The notes beneath the pieces are model-generated. The model made no database searches. It saw nothing but the letters and a program-made list of their open reading frames with translations, and was not told the DNA's origin. A DNA stretch of 64,000 nt, taken from positions 1,376,001 to 1,440,000 of the forward strand of contig CAXXMV010000008.1 of assembly GCA_963662285.2 (NCBI GenBank), given 5' to 3'. Both the position numbers and the translations under genes were made by a program. Positions 40,610 to 49,392 of the stretch are shown here, in pieces. Within the stretch, counting starts at the first letter, position 1. Each line of letters opens with the position of its first letter. Source of the stretch: a bacterium (GTDB lineage Bacteria > Hinthialibacterota > Hinthialibacteria > Hinthialibacterales > Hinthialibacteraceae).

Positions 40610-41206
40610 TTATTTATTCAGAAAACTCTGTTGAGAATAAGTGATATCACCTGGAGACATAAGCCCATTGGAAGCATCCCACGGCGGCGCTAACCACTGT
40701 CTATCCAACACATTAATTAATGCCTGATCAGGACCGGCGCTGCACAATCTCCACAACGAACCGCCAAAAAGACGCTTCCAGACCGGAGAAGGATTGCTCA
40801 CTCCTCCATTGAAATATATCGTCGTATAATCATAGGCTAATTTCCCCCCGGTTTTGCCTCCCACAAAGTGCGATCCAGAGAGCATCTCAATCACATCTTT
40901 GGCTTGAAATACATCCGGCAACACCACGCTCATATAAGAAATTGGAGTGGTAAGCCGCGAGAGACAGGAAGACCATCCGTGGTCGCCTGATGGACATGGT
41001 TTATCCCAGGGAGCGGAATTATTGTCAAGAATATATATTTCGATAGCGGTTCCATTAGAACGGAAATCTCCCATCACTCTTGCGACCTTGGCGCGCAACT
41101 GCGCATTGAGGAAATTCGGCACGGCTATAGCCGCCAGGATGCCGATAATCGCCACCACGATCAGCAATTCTATGAGCGTAAAAGAATAGCGCCATTTATT
41201 CTGCAT
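40610..41206 (-). CDS. Prepilin-type N-terminal cleavage/methylation domain protein
   Basis: S|FTLIELLIVVAIIGILAAIAVPNFLNAQLRAKVARV. Confidence 0.92.
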   Translation of the reverse strand: MQNKWRYSFTLIELLIVVAIIGILAAIAVPNFLNAQLRAKVARVMGDFRSNGTAIEIYILDNNSAPWDKPCPSGDHGWSSCLSRLTTPISYMSVVLPDVFQAKDVIEMLSGSHFVGGKTGGKLAYDYTTIYFNGGVSNPSPVWKRLFGGSLWRLCSAGPDQALINVLDRQWLAPPWDASNGLMSPGDITYSQQSFLNK

Positions 41207-41344
41207 TATGAATCAACCTTCCCAAAAACATCTTTAATAAGAAAAAGTCTACCAGTTTTTCAGCAATAATAAACGCCTTTAAAAACGCTCTACCAGCGGC
41301 CAAGGATGAGAGGGAATTATCACATCCTCTACTCCAACTAATAA

Positions 41345-42955
41345 CTACAAAATCGAGGCGCCGGAAACAGGACGGCAACGCTCAATCCACGGTACTTCAG
41401 CGCGCCATTTTGACATTTCCTGCTTCAACTTATCCACCACCTGTGATGTCGCATCACATCGAGTTAAGACCAAAATCGCCCCTCCCAATCCGGCGCCGGT
41501 TAATCCAGCGCCAAAGACGCCATCTAATTTTTTGCAGAAATCCACCATACGGTCAATTTCCGGGACGCTGCAACGATACCCGCCCGGTTGATAGGCCAGT
41601 TGCAGATTATCATCATCAGGAGATTGCAGCGCTTTTTGAGCCAATTCATCTAAATAAGCATTATCATAAGGATTGCGAAAAGGACTGGATACACCGTCAT
41701 TCCAAAGAGACACTCTATCTCCGTCATGAGAGATATACATGAAACGTCCAGCGGCGCCAATATCGCCTTTTTGTAGAAGTTGAGGAAAACGCCGCGCCCG
41801 TTCGCATTCAGCAACGCCGAAAAGAAGCGCTTCACGAACCGGAAGAGATTGCCCGCTATCTCCATAAGTATTTTGTATTCGACGCCATACTGCGGACAAA
41901 TGAGGATATTGCTGATTCAATTGAACATAACTGACCGAAACGGGAGTAGTTTTTAATGCCGTATAAAAATCACCCAGCGGCATCGCCAGATTATCGGGAG
42001 AGATATCTCTTAGATATTGCAAACGATCTACTAGATCAGGATGATTATCTTTGAATAATTCAAAGGCAACCTCATAAGCAGCGATACGCGAATTAAATTG
42101 TTCACGGGCCTGAGATGATTTTTCAGCCTGGACTCCGCTTTGAGCTATAATGATTTCGCATTCTTCAGGAAATGGAGAATATGCAGCCGTTAATGGCTTA
42201 AAACCTGTATGAGTTATATGGTTAAGGCGACCCAGAAGAATCGCCGCATGATCTCCACACCCGCCGCGCGTTCCAACATACCACTCCGCCTCACCGCAAA
42301 TCTCCGCCAATTTGAATCTATCTATATCGATATCGTCCAGTTTATTACTATGAAATAATGCCAGCATCATACCAACCACCAGAGTTGATGATGATGATAA
42401 TCCCGACTGGGGAGGAATATCCCCATAAACCATAAGATTCACGCCCCTGATTGAGGCATCTTTTAAATAATCCTGAAGTTTCAAAGCCCCTGCTTTTAAA
42501 TAATTGCCCCAGAATCCCCGTTTTAAGGTTACCGATTCGATATAATCCATCCATTGCCCTCTATGGGAAACAGGCAATTCATCACCAATGCTGAAATCAC
42601 AATCAGGATATAATGACGAAACATTCTTGGCGACTATACGATCATCATCTCTAAGAGAAAAACAGAAAAGCATCTCACGGGAAATCGATTTGTAATTACA
42701 CCAACCACCCCGGTGATCAATATGCACTCCCATCAGATTAATCCGCCCCGGAATGCGAAGAACCGCAACTTTTCTTTCATTGGGATAAACTTGCTTAAAA
42801 GCAAGCAATAATTTGATTAATCTTTGTTTGGCGGCGGAAATAATTTCCGGTCTATTTCCATAATGAATTGGCATGATATTATCGGCATTTACGCCAGACA
42901 TATCTTCGATAAAATGATCAATATCCTTGACAAATTCTGTATCCAATTTAAACAT
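41345..42955 (-). CDS. Galactokinase-family (GHMP) sugar kinase
   Basis: PGRINLMGVHIDHRGG, IPPQSGLSSSS, GTRGGCGDH, GAGLTGAGLGG. Confidence 0.88.
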   Translation of the reverse strand: MFKLDTEFVKDIDHFIEDMSGVNADNIMPIHYGNRPEIISAAKQRLIKLLLAFKQVYPNERKVAVLRIPGRINLMGVHIDHRGGWCNYKSISREMLFCFSLRDDDRIVAKNVSSLYPDCDFSIGDELPVSHRGQWMDYIESVTLKRGFWGNYLKAGALKLQDYLKDASIRGVNLMVYGDIPPQSGLSSSSTLVVGMMLALFHSNKLDDIDIDRFKLAEICGEAEWYVGTRGGCGDHAAILLGRLNHITHTGFKPLTAAYSPFPEECEIIIAQSGVQAEKSSQAREQFNSRIAAYEVAFELFKDNHPDLVDRLQYLRDISPDNLAMPLGDFYTALKTTPVSVSYVQLNQQYPHLSAVWRRIQNTYGDSGQSLPVREALLFGVAECERARRFPQLLQKGDIGAAGRFMYISHDGDRVSLWNDGVSSPFRNPYDNAYLDELAQKALQSPDDDNLQLAYQPGGYRCSVPEIDRMVDFCKKLDGVFGAGLTGAGLGGAILVLTRCDATSQVVDKLKQEMSKWRAEVPWIERCRPVSGASIL

Positions 42956-43104
42956 TAAGACCTCTCCCGCTCAATAAAATACCAATATTAAAACATTTTT
43001 AAATCAACACGGATAAAATAATATACTATTGATTATATTATTCTTAAAATATATGAAAGTTTCAATAATAGTAATATAGTCTCCAAGGGTTTTCAAGCAA
43101 TTAC

Positions 43105-43134
43105 TTGACGCTAGAATACTGTAATTGCTATAAT
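43105..43134 (+). promoter_or_regulatory. Sigma70 promoter with extended -10
   Basis: TTGACG-N18-TATAAT with TG immediately upstream of -10; GGAGG RBS at 43197. Confidence 0.7.
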
Positions 43135-43207
43135 AATTATGTATAGATTCAACTTTGTATACCTTAGGGTTTAATAAAAAATCAAAAAAGAATGTCGGAG
43201 GCGAAGA

Positions 43208-44056
43208 ATGATGCTTTCTCGGTCAATAATAATTGGATGTGCCTTTCTACTAATATTTGCAGGATTATCTTACTCACAGGATCCTGCCAATGACCAGTTG
43301 TCGCCGCCTGAAATGCAAACTGCTGATGAAAATAACACCAACACCAACGCCGATGTCGGTGTTACCACAGGAATGGATTCAGCCTTGGCGCAAGCTAATC
43401 AGGCCTTTCTCGCTTTGTATAACCGGCAGTTTTTATTAGCTAAACAGCAATACGAAGCAGCAGCATCATCAAACGCCGAATATGATAAGATGGCTCAATT
43501 CTGCCAGAATATCCTTGATCGGCTTCGCGAAGTATATGACGAATATATGGAAATTTACGGAAAAACAATGTCCCAGACCTTCCGCATCGAACAATTAACC
43601 AAAGCAGAAGTCGATCGGATGTTGGATTTTCAAATGCGCCAAAACATAGCGGGACAAACGTTAGGTGAAATCGGGCTAATCGCCGATATCCCCGTTTCAG
43701 ACCTGGGTCTGGATTTTGAAGGTTCTGATCAACTCTCACTGGCCGAATACGTCATGTGGGTTAAACCTCGCAGCACTAACGAACGAATTTGGCAACGCGC
43801 CCGCAAACGATCCCTGAAACGCTCTATGACTATGGCGCGGCAAGAAATCAAACAACAACAACGCCAGGAACATTTCTCACGTCTGGAAGAAGCCCGGCGG
43901 CGTAGACTTGATCGCCAAGGCCAAGGCAATATGGGAGTTGGGGGCGGTATGGCTGGCGGCGGCGACTTTGGCGGCGGCGGTGGTATGGGCGGCGGCATGG
44001 GCGGCGGTATGATGGGTGGTATGGGCGGCGGCATGGGCGGCGGCATGGGCTTTTAA
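43208..44056 (+). CDS. Secreted hypothetical protein with C-terminal Gly-Gly-Met repeats
   Basis: Signal peptide SYS|Q, helical core, tail GGGMGGGMGGGMMGGMGGGMGGGMGF; has its own promoter, RBS and terminator. Confidence 0.85.
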   Translation: MMLSRSIIIGCAFLLIFAGLSYSQDPANDQLSPPEMQTADENNTNTNADVGVTTGMDSALAQANQAFLALYNRQFLLAKQQYEAAASSNAEYDKMAQFCQNILDRLREVYDEYMEIYGKTMSQTFRIEQLTKAEVDRMLDFQMRQNIAGQTLGEIGLIADIPVSDLGLDFEGSDQLSLAEYVMWVKPRSTNERIWQRARKRSLKRSMTMARQEIKQQQRQEHFSRLEEARRRRLDRQGQGNMGVGGGMAGGGDFGGGGGMGGGMGGGMMGGMGGGMGGGMGF

Positions 44057-44106
44057 GTTATGCTCAGCCAACCCATGTTTTGTTTATAAATTCAGAAAAT
44101 TAATGC

Positions 44107-44132
44107 AGAGCGGCGATTTCGCCGCTCTCTTT
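44107..44132 (+). terminator. Intrinsic terminator
   Basis: AGAGCGGCGA-tt-TCGCCGCTCT followed by CTTT. Confidence 0.75.
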
Positions 44133-44200
44133 GTATAAAGTCCTAATATAAAAAGATTCATAAATCACTCTGTCGATTAAACAACCGGGATATCATTAAC

Positions 44201-44902
44201 ATGACCAATCCAACTAAAGGAGAAAATGTTTTCTTCGCCGATCTTCATCACCCTGGAGGAGAAACAGAAGAAATCACCCGTTTATTGAACGAAATCCCAA
44301 CCAACGCACAACGCATTTTCTTCCTGGGCGATCTATTTCATTTCTGGATCAATGAACAAAGTTTTATTCAATCAAAATATGAACCATTCCTCAATCATCT
44401 AGAACAATGGGCTAAACAAGGCCTTCAGTTATTTTTTCTGGAAGGCAACCGCGATTTCTTGGCCTCGCATTTTTTCGAAAACCAACCCTGGATTGACGTC
44501 CTGCCGAATCCGACTGTAATCGACATTGGCGGGCGAGCAGTATATATCGGCCATGGTGATGAACTATGCTGGAATGACTGGGCTTATCAATTATATAAAA
44601 GTATCATACGATCTGCTCCCATGCGATATCTTGCCGACCGATTACCAGCCCAAATCAGACTTCGCACTGCACTACGACTTTCACAGGCAAGCAACAAAAT
44701 CGTATCTAACAAAACAAAATCAACCTTAGCCGTACCTCAACGCGCTTACGAATCTATCATCAATTCCGGAATTGACGTTATCGTTCATGGACACTTACAT
44801 CAAACTTATCAACGTATAATCTCAGTAAACGGAAGACAAGGACAAGTTCTTGCCTTCGGTTGGAAAGATGGTCAACGCAACATTATCCACTTTAGCGACT
44901 AG
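44201..44902 (+). CDS. lpxH: UDP-2,3-diacylglucosamine diphosphatase (LpxH-like metallophosphoesterase)
   Basis: ADLH, LGDLF, GNRDF, HGD.LC..D..YQ, HGHLH. Confidence 0.85.
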   Translation: MTNPTKGENVFFADLHHPGGETEEITRLLNEIPTNAQRIFFLGDLFHFWINEQSFIQSKYEPFLNHLEQWAKQGLQLFFLEGNRDFLASHFFENQPWIDVLPNPTVIDIGGRAVYIGHGDELCWNDWAYQLYKSIIRSAPMRYLADRLPAQIRLRTALRLSQASNKIVSNKTKSTLAVPQRAYESIINSGIDVIVHGHLHQTYQRIISVNGRQGQVLAFGWKDGQRNIIHFSD

Positions 44903-45012
44903 AGCGGTTAACAAAAATTTTTGGGGTTATTATCACGATTGATCTAAAAAAAACCAATCTTTTCTTGCTTGTTAAAATTGCTATCCAGAACGTTATTATT
45001 AAAATCGCTCAA
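44900..45012 (+). mobile_element. ~113-bp MITE-like element
   Basis: TAGAGCGGTTAACAAAA...ATCCAGAACGTTATTAT..AATCGCTCAA; begins on the lpxH TAG stop codon. Confidence 0.7.
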
Positions 45013-45103
45013 AATCTTCGATTGAGATATTGTACTATTTCAATAAACTACCTAATATAATACTTTCCGAAAGGGAATAATGCGATAATCCGCCACTGGC
45101 GAT

Positions 45104-45218
45104 TAGAGCGATTAACAAAATTGTGCTGTTGTATAATCACGCGTGGTCTTCGAAAAAGCTTATCTTTTTCTGGATTTTTCGAATCGCCATCCAGAACGTT
45201 GTTATGCAAAACACTCTA
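45104..45218 (+). mobile_element. ~115-bp MITE-like element
   Basis: TAGAGCGATTAACAAAA...ATCCAGAACGTTGTTAT..CACTCTA; colinear with 44900-45012. Confidence 0.7.
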
Positions 45219-45231
45219 ACGGATAAAACCC

Positions 45232-45723
45232 ATGACAACTCTTCGCAATAAAATATTAGAAATCCTTGACGCCGATGCACGCAATACTCCTGCTGAAGTA
45301 GCAGTGATGATTGGAGAAGAGGAACAAACCGTAGCCAATGAAATTGATAATATGGAAAAAGAAGGCTTGATCCTCGGCTACAGAGCAGTCGTCAATTCCG
45401 ATAAAATTCTGGAAGACAAAGTCTCATGCGTTATCGAAGTATCAGTACAACCCGAACGAGGTCACGGATTCGATAAGATTGCCGAACGGATATATCGCTT
45501 TCCTGAAGTTAGATCTGTATTTTTAGTTTCAGGCGGGTATGACCTGTTAGTTATTCTTGAAGGAAGAACCATGCGGGAGATTGCGGACTTTGTCATCGAA
45601 AAACTATCGGTTCTTCCTAACGTACATGCAACTTCGTCTCATTTCCTTTTGAAAAAATACAAAGAATTGGGTACTATTCTGGTCCAATCCGGTCAAAGAG
45701 AAAGAATGCCTGTTAGCCCATAA
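45232..45723 (+). CDS. Lrp/AsnC family transcriptional regulator
   Basis: ILEILDADAR HTH, GLILGYRAVVN, FPEVRSVFLVSGGYDL; paired with an aminotransferase as in yugG-yugH. Confidence 0.93.
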   Translation: MTTLRNKILEILDADARNTPAEVAVMIGEEEQTVANEIDNMEKEGLILGYRAVVNSDKILEDKVSCVIEVSVQPERGHGFDKIAERIYRFPEVRSVFLVSGGYDLLVILEGRTMREIADFVIEKLSVLPNVHATSSHFLLKKYKELGTILVQSGQRERMPVSP

Positions 45724-45790
45724 ATAAGTTGCAGAATAAATGCCTGTTAGTCATTAAAAGGTATAGAAAGAATGCCTGCTAGTCATTAGA
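45699..45790 (+). repeat. Three ~26-nt degenerate direct repeats of the lrp 3' end
   Basis: agaaagaatgcctgttagcccataaa / agaataaatgcctgttagtcattaaa / agaaagaatgcctgctagtcattaga at 45699, 45733 and 45765. Confidence 0.85.
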
Positions 45791-45806
45791 AAAAGGCGAA
45801 AAAGAA

Positions 45807-47006
45807 ATGAATGTAACTACATTACCCCAAACTGTTTATTCTAAATCACGCATCAATACAAGGGTGGAACAAACAGTTCCATCAGGCATACGTGCATTTT
45901 TTGATCTAGTCATAGGAAAAGACGATGTAATATCTCTGGGCGTTGGCGAACCGGATTTCGCTACTCCCTGGCATATTTGCGAAGCGGGAATCCACTCTCT
46001 TGAAACCGGGCGAACCAGTTATTCATCAAACAATGGTCTGCTGGAACTGCGCGAGGAGATATCTTTATTTTTACATAAAGCAACAGGCGCATCTTACGAC
46101 CCGGTTGATAATATTATTGTAACCGTCGGCGGCAGCGAAGGTATTGACCTGGCCTTCCGCACATTACTTAATCCCAATGAAGAAGCCATCATAGTCGAGC
46201 CATCCTTCGTGTCATACGCTCCACTCACATTCCTGGCGGGCGGCATCCCCATCCATCTACCCACTTATGCGGAAAACGGATTTGCGCCTACTATAGAAGA
46301 CTTAGAGAAAGCCGTCACTCCATCGACTCGCGCCATGATTGTTAATTATCCCAACAATCCAACTGGAGCAACTATTTCAGATAAACAGATCGATGAGATC
46401 ATAGAATTCGTAATACGTCACGATCTTGTCCTTATCAGCGATGAAATCTATGTTCCATTAACTTATGAAAAGGAATGTAAATCATTTGCATCCCGTGAGA
46501 AAATACGGGATCGGTTGGTTCTGCTTCACGGTTTTTCCAAAGCCTGGGCCATGACTGGATGGCGCTTGGGAATTGCGGCGGGTCCATCCGATATTATTAA
46601 AGGCATGGGGAAAATTCATCAATATAATGTCATGTGCCCACCCACTGTAGCGCAATACGCCGCCATCGAAGCGCTGAGGCATGGTGATGAAGAGGTGGAA
46701 AATATGCGCAGGGAATATGACCGGAGACGGCGATTCATCACTCATCACTTTAACCGGATTGGTTTGGATTGCTTTGAACCTTTCGGAGCTTTTTACGCTT
46801 TCCCGTCAATAAAAATTACCGGAATGACATCACAGGAATTTGCGGAAAAACTACTGGAAGAAGAGAATGTAGCTGTAGTCCCGGGTAATGTGTTCGGAGA
46901 ATGCGGCGAAGGTTTCGTGCGATGCTCTTACGCCACATCGTTGGATGAAATCAGAGAAGCGGTTAAACGTATAGAGAATTTCGTTAAACGTCACCAACAG
47001 GCATAA
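45807..47006 (+). CDS. PLP-dependent aminotransferase class I/II
   Basis: SLGVGEPDF, NYPNNPTG, SDEIY, GFSKAWAMTGWRLG, GAFYAF. Confidence 0.96.
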   Translation: MNVTTLPQTVYSKSRINTRVEQTVPSGIRAFFDLVIGKDDVISLGVGEPDFATPWHICEAGIHSLETGRTSYSSNNGLLELREEISLFLHKATGASYDPVDNIIVTVGGSEGIDLAFRTLLNPNEEAIIVEPSFVSYAPLTFLAGGIPIHLPTYAENGFAPTIEDLEKAVTPSTRAMIVNYPNNPTGATISDKQIDEIIEFVIRHDLVLISDEIYVPLTYEKECKSFASREKIRDRLVLLHGFSKAWAMTGWRLGIAAGPSDIIKGMGKIHQYNVMCPPTVAQYAAIEALRHGDEEVENMRREYDRRRRFITHHFNRIGLDCFEPFGAFYAFPSIKITGMTSQEFAEKLLEEENVAVVPGNVFGECGEGFVRCSYATSLDEIREAVKRIENFVKRHQQA

Positions 47007-47127
47007 AACCAACAAGCCTAAATTAAATAAACCACTGTAGTCGAAGAGTTTATAGGAATTATTCTAAGGTCAGGTCGCCAAGTCTCCTCTCCCTTCCGGG
47101 AGTGGGTGAAACTGTAATACGTCTGCC

Positions 47128-48234
47128 TTAATCGTCTTTCAAGTCATAGAGTTTATCGAATGTTCCCTGATTCACAAGATGAACCAGGGCGCCGACTACC
47201 TTGGGATCAAAAGCTGTGCCGCTGTTTTCCTGATAGAATTTTATGATCTTGCTTTTGGTCCAGGCTTTTTTATAGACTCGTTCTGTTGCCAAAGCATCGA
47301 AAACCTCCGCTACCATCAAGAAGCGGCTATTGAAGTGTATTTCATCGCCTTTCAAACCTCGCGGGTAACCCTTGCCATCCATTCTTTCATGGTGTTCGTG
47401 TACATACATACTAACTTCCCGCAGGGATGGAATCGGCGCAAGAATTTTATAACCGATATAGGGGTGAGTTTTCATGATATTATATTCTTCATCCGTCAAT
47501 TTATCCGGTTTGAGAAGAATTGAATCAGGCACTCCAATTTTACCGACATCATGCAATAAAGCGGCAAGACGAAGTGAAATATCATACGATTCATCAATAC
47601 CCAATTCGCGGGCGAAGGTTATCACCATATCCGAAACCCGCTTGGCATGACCCTGAGTATACGGGTCTCTGGCTTCAAGGGCATTTGACAAAGATTTAAC
47701 TGAATTAATCAAAAAATCCTGTAATTCCCTGGTACGTTCATTGACCTCCATCTCAAGATTTTCCTGATAAGATCGGTTCTGCATAGCCAAACGCCGATAA
47801 TGCAAAGCCCGAGTTAAGGTAACTTGTACATAATCAAGATTAAAAGGTTTGGTTAAATAATCATAAGCTCCAAGGCGGATGGCATCGATGGCGTTATCCA
47901 AAGTAGGACGACCGGTCATTAAAACAAAAGGGGTCAGAGGAGATGTATCCAAAGCGATTGCTAAAAGATCGTGCCCGGTAACTCCGTAAGGCATATATAT
48001 ATCAGACAGAATCGCATCATAAACGTTTTCTCTATTCTGAATCCAACTGGCAGCTTCCTTCGGATCAGAGGTGGCATCGCAATGTACGCCTTTTTGACTT
48101 AAAAATTGAGTTAAAATATCACAAATAATTTCATCATCATCAATAACCAGAATACGAGCGCCAATGAAAAAACCGGCATCTTCTTCAGGAGTTATAAACT
48201 GAGATGTAGAAGTTAAAAAGTCCTTCTCTTTCAT
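47128..48234 (-). CDS. Response regulator with HD-GYP phosphodiesterase domain (RpfG-like)
   Basis: Receiver (VIDDD, SDIYMP, KP) plus RDPYTQGH, LHDVGKIG, HHERMDGKGYP. Confidence 0.95.
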   Translation of the reverse strand: MKEKDFLTSTSQFITPEEDAGFFIGARILVIDDDEIICDILTQFLSQKGVHCDATSDPKEAASWIQNRENVYDAILSDIYMPYGVTGHDLLAIALDTSPLTPFVLMTGRPTLDNAIDAIRLGAYDYLTKPFNLDYVQVTLTRALHYRRLAMQNRSYQENLEMEVNERTRELQDFLINSVKSLSNALEARDPYTQGHAKRVSDMVITFARELGIDESYDISLRLAALLHDVGKIGVPDSILLKPDKLTDEEYNIMKTHPYIGYKILAPIPSLREVSMYVHEHHERMDGKGYPRGLKGDEIHFNSRFLMVAEVFDALATERVYKKAWTKSKIIKFYQENSGTAFDPKVVGALVHLVNQGTFDKLYDLKDD

Positions 48235-48410
48235 AAGTTTAACTAATTCCTATTTCAGTTTAATTAAAAAAAATCAACCTTCCATTTGCATGGAGTCAAG
48301 AAAGAACCTATTATAATTTCTTCTCTTATAAATGAAGTGTAACTTCTGCAAGCGTTAGTTTACAGAGGTAAAATGGTTTTAATCTTTTATCATGTTAAAA
48401 TCACATAGAG

Positions 48411-49346
48411 ATGGAAAGGAACGTTACAATGTTCGAAGGATCTGCAGTTGCGCTTATTACCCCATTTACCGAAAATGGCATTAATTTCGGCGCATTAGAG
48501 AAATTAATTGATTTCCATGTTCTAGCCGAGACCGAGTGTATACTAGTCTGCGGAACAACTGGAGAATCATCAACCCTGACGCACAGCGAACACAAAGAGT
48601 TAATCAAACATTCAGCAGCTTATTTAAAATCAGTCAGAGGTGACAAGCAATTCCCTTTACTAATGGCTGGTTCGGGCAGCAACAACACACGTGAAGCTTT
48701 AGATTTAACCAAAGCAGCCCAGGAAGACGGCGCTGATATATCACTACAAATCACTCCTTATTATAATAAGCCAACTCAACCTGGTTTATTATATCATTTT
48801 CAAACATTGGCGAGAGAAATTGACATTCCCCAGGTGGTCTATAACATTCAAAGCCGTACAGGCATCAATGTCAGCCTGGAAACAATGGTGGAACTGGCCC
48901 ATGAAAAGAATATTATCGGAGTAAAAGAAGCCAGCGGCGACATCAATCAGATATCAGAGGTCTGCCGTTTGACGCCGGACGATTTTTACGTCTGGTCGGG
49001 AGATGACGGCCTGACTCTTCCTCTCTTGGCGGTAGGCGGCAAAGGAGTGATTTCAGTATCGGCCAATATCATTCCCAAAGACGTCCGCGCTATGGTTCAC
49101 GCCTACTTAAAAGGCGATCATGCAGAAGCATTGCGATTACACAGAAAAATGACTCCGCTAAACAAAGCGATGTTTATTGAGACTAATCCCATTCCAGTAA
49201 AAACAGCTGTCTCAATACTCAGCGAATCACCAGAAACCGGATTGCCTCATTGCGGACTGTTTCGACCTCCGATAGTACCCTTAACCGCTCCAAGCGAAGT
49301 TATACTTAGATCGGCTATGAGAGATTACGGATTGCCCGTTGCTTAA
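48411..49346 (+). CDS. dapA: 4-hydroxy-tetrahydrodipicolinate synthase
   Basis: ALITPF, GTTGES, TPYYNKP, YNI..RTG, GVKEASG, SGDD, ETNPIPVK. Confidence 0.97.
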   Translation: MERNVTMFEGSAVALITPFTENGINFGALEKLIDFHVLAETECILVCGTTGESSTLTHSEHKELIKHSAAYLKSVRGDKQFPLLMAGSGSNNTREALDLTKAAQEDGADISLQITPYYNKPTQPGLLYHFQTLAREIDIPQVVYNIQSRTGINVSLETMVELAHEKNIIGVKEASGDINQISEVCRLTPDDFYVWSGDDGLTLPLLAVGGKGVISVSANIIPKDVRAMVHAYLKGDHAEALRLHRKMTPLNKAMFIETNPIPVKTAVSILSESPETGLPHCGLFRPPIVPLTAPSEVILRSAMRDYGLPVA

Positions 49347-49392
49347 TCTGTTTTTTTTGTCAAACGCACCGATTGCGCAAGGTCCAGCCGCG

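Noticed and set aside
43729-44046. Poly-proline ORF on the minus strand
   Set aside because: Antisense shadow of the GGM-coding repeat.
45699-45790. Mini CRISPR array
   Set aside because: Spacers are only 6-8 nt, the repeats are degenerate and overlap a CDS end, and there are no cas genes.
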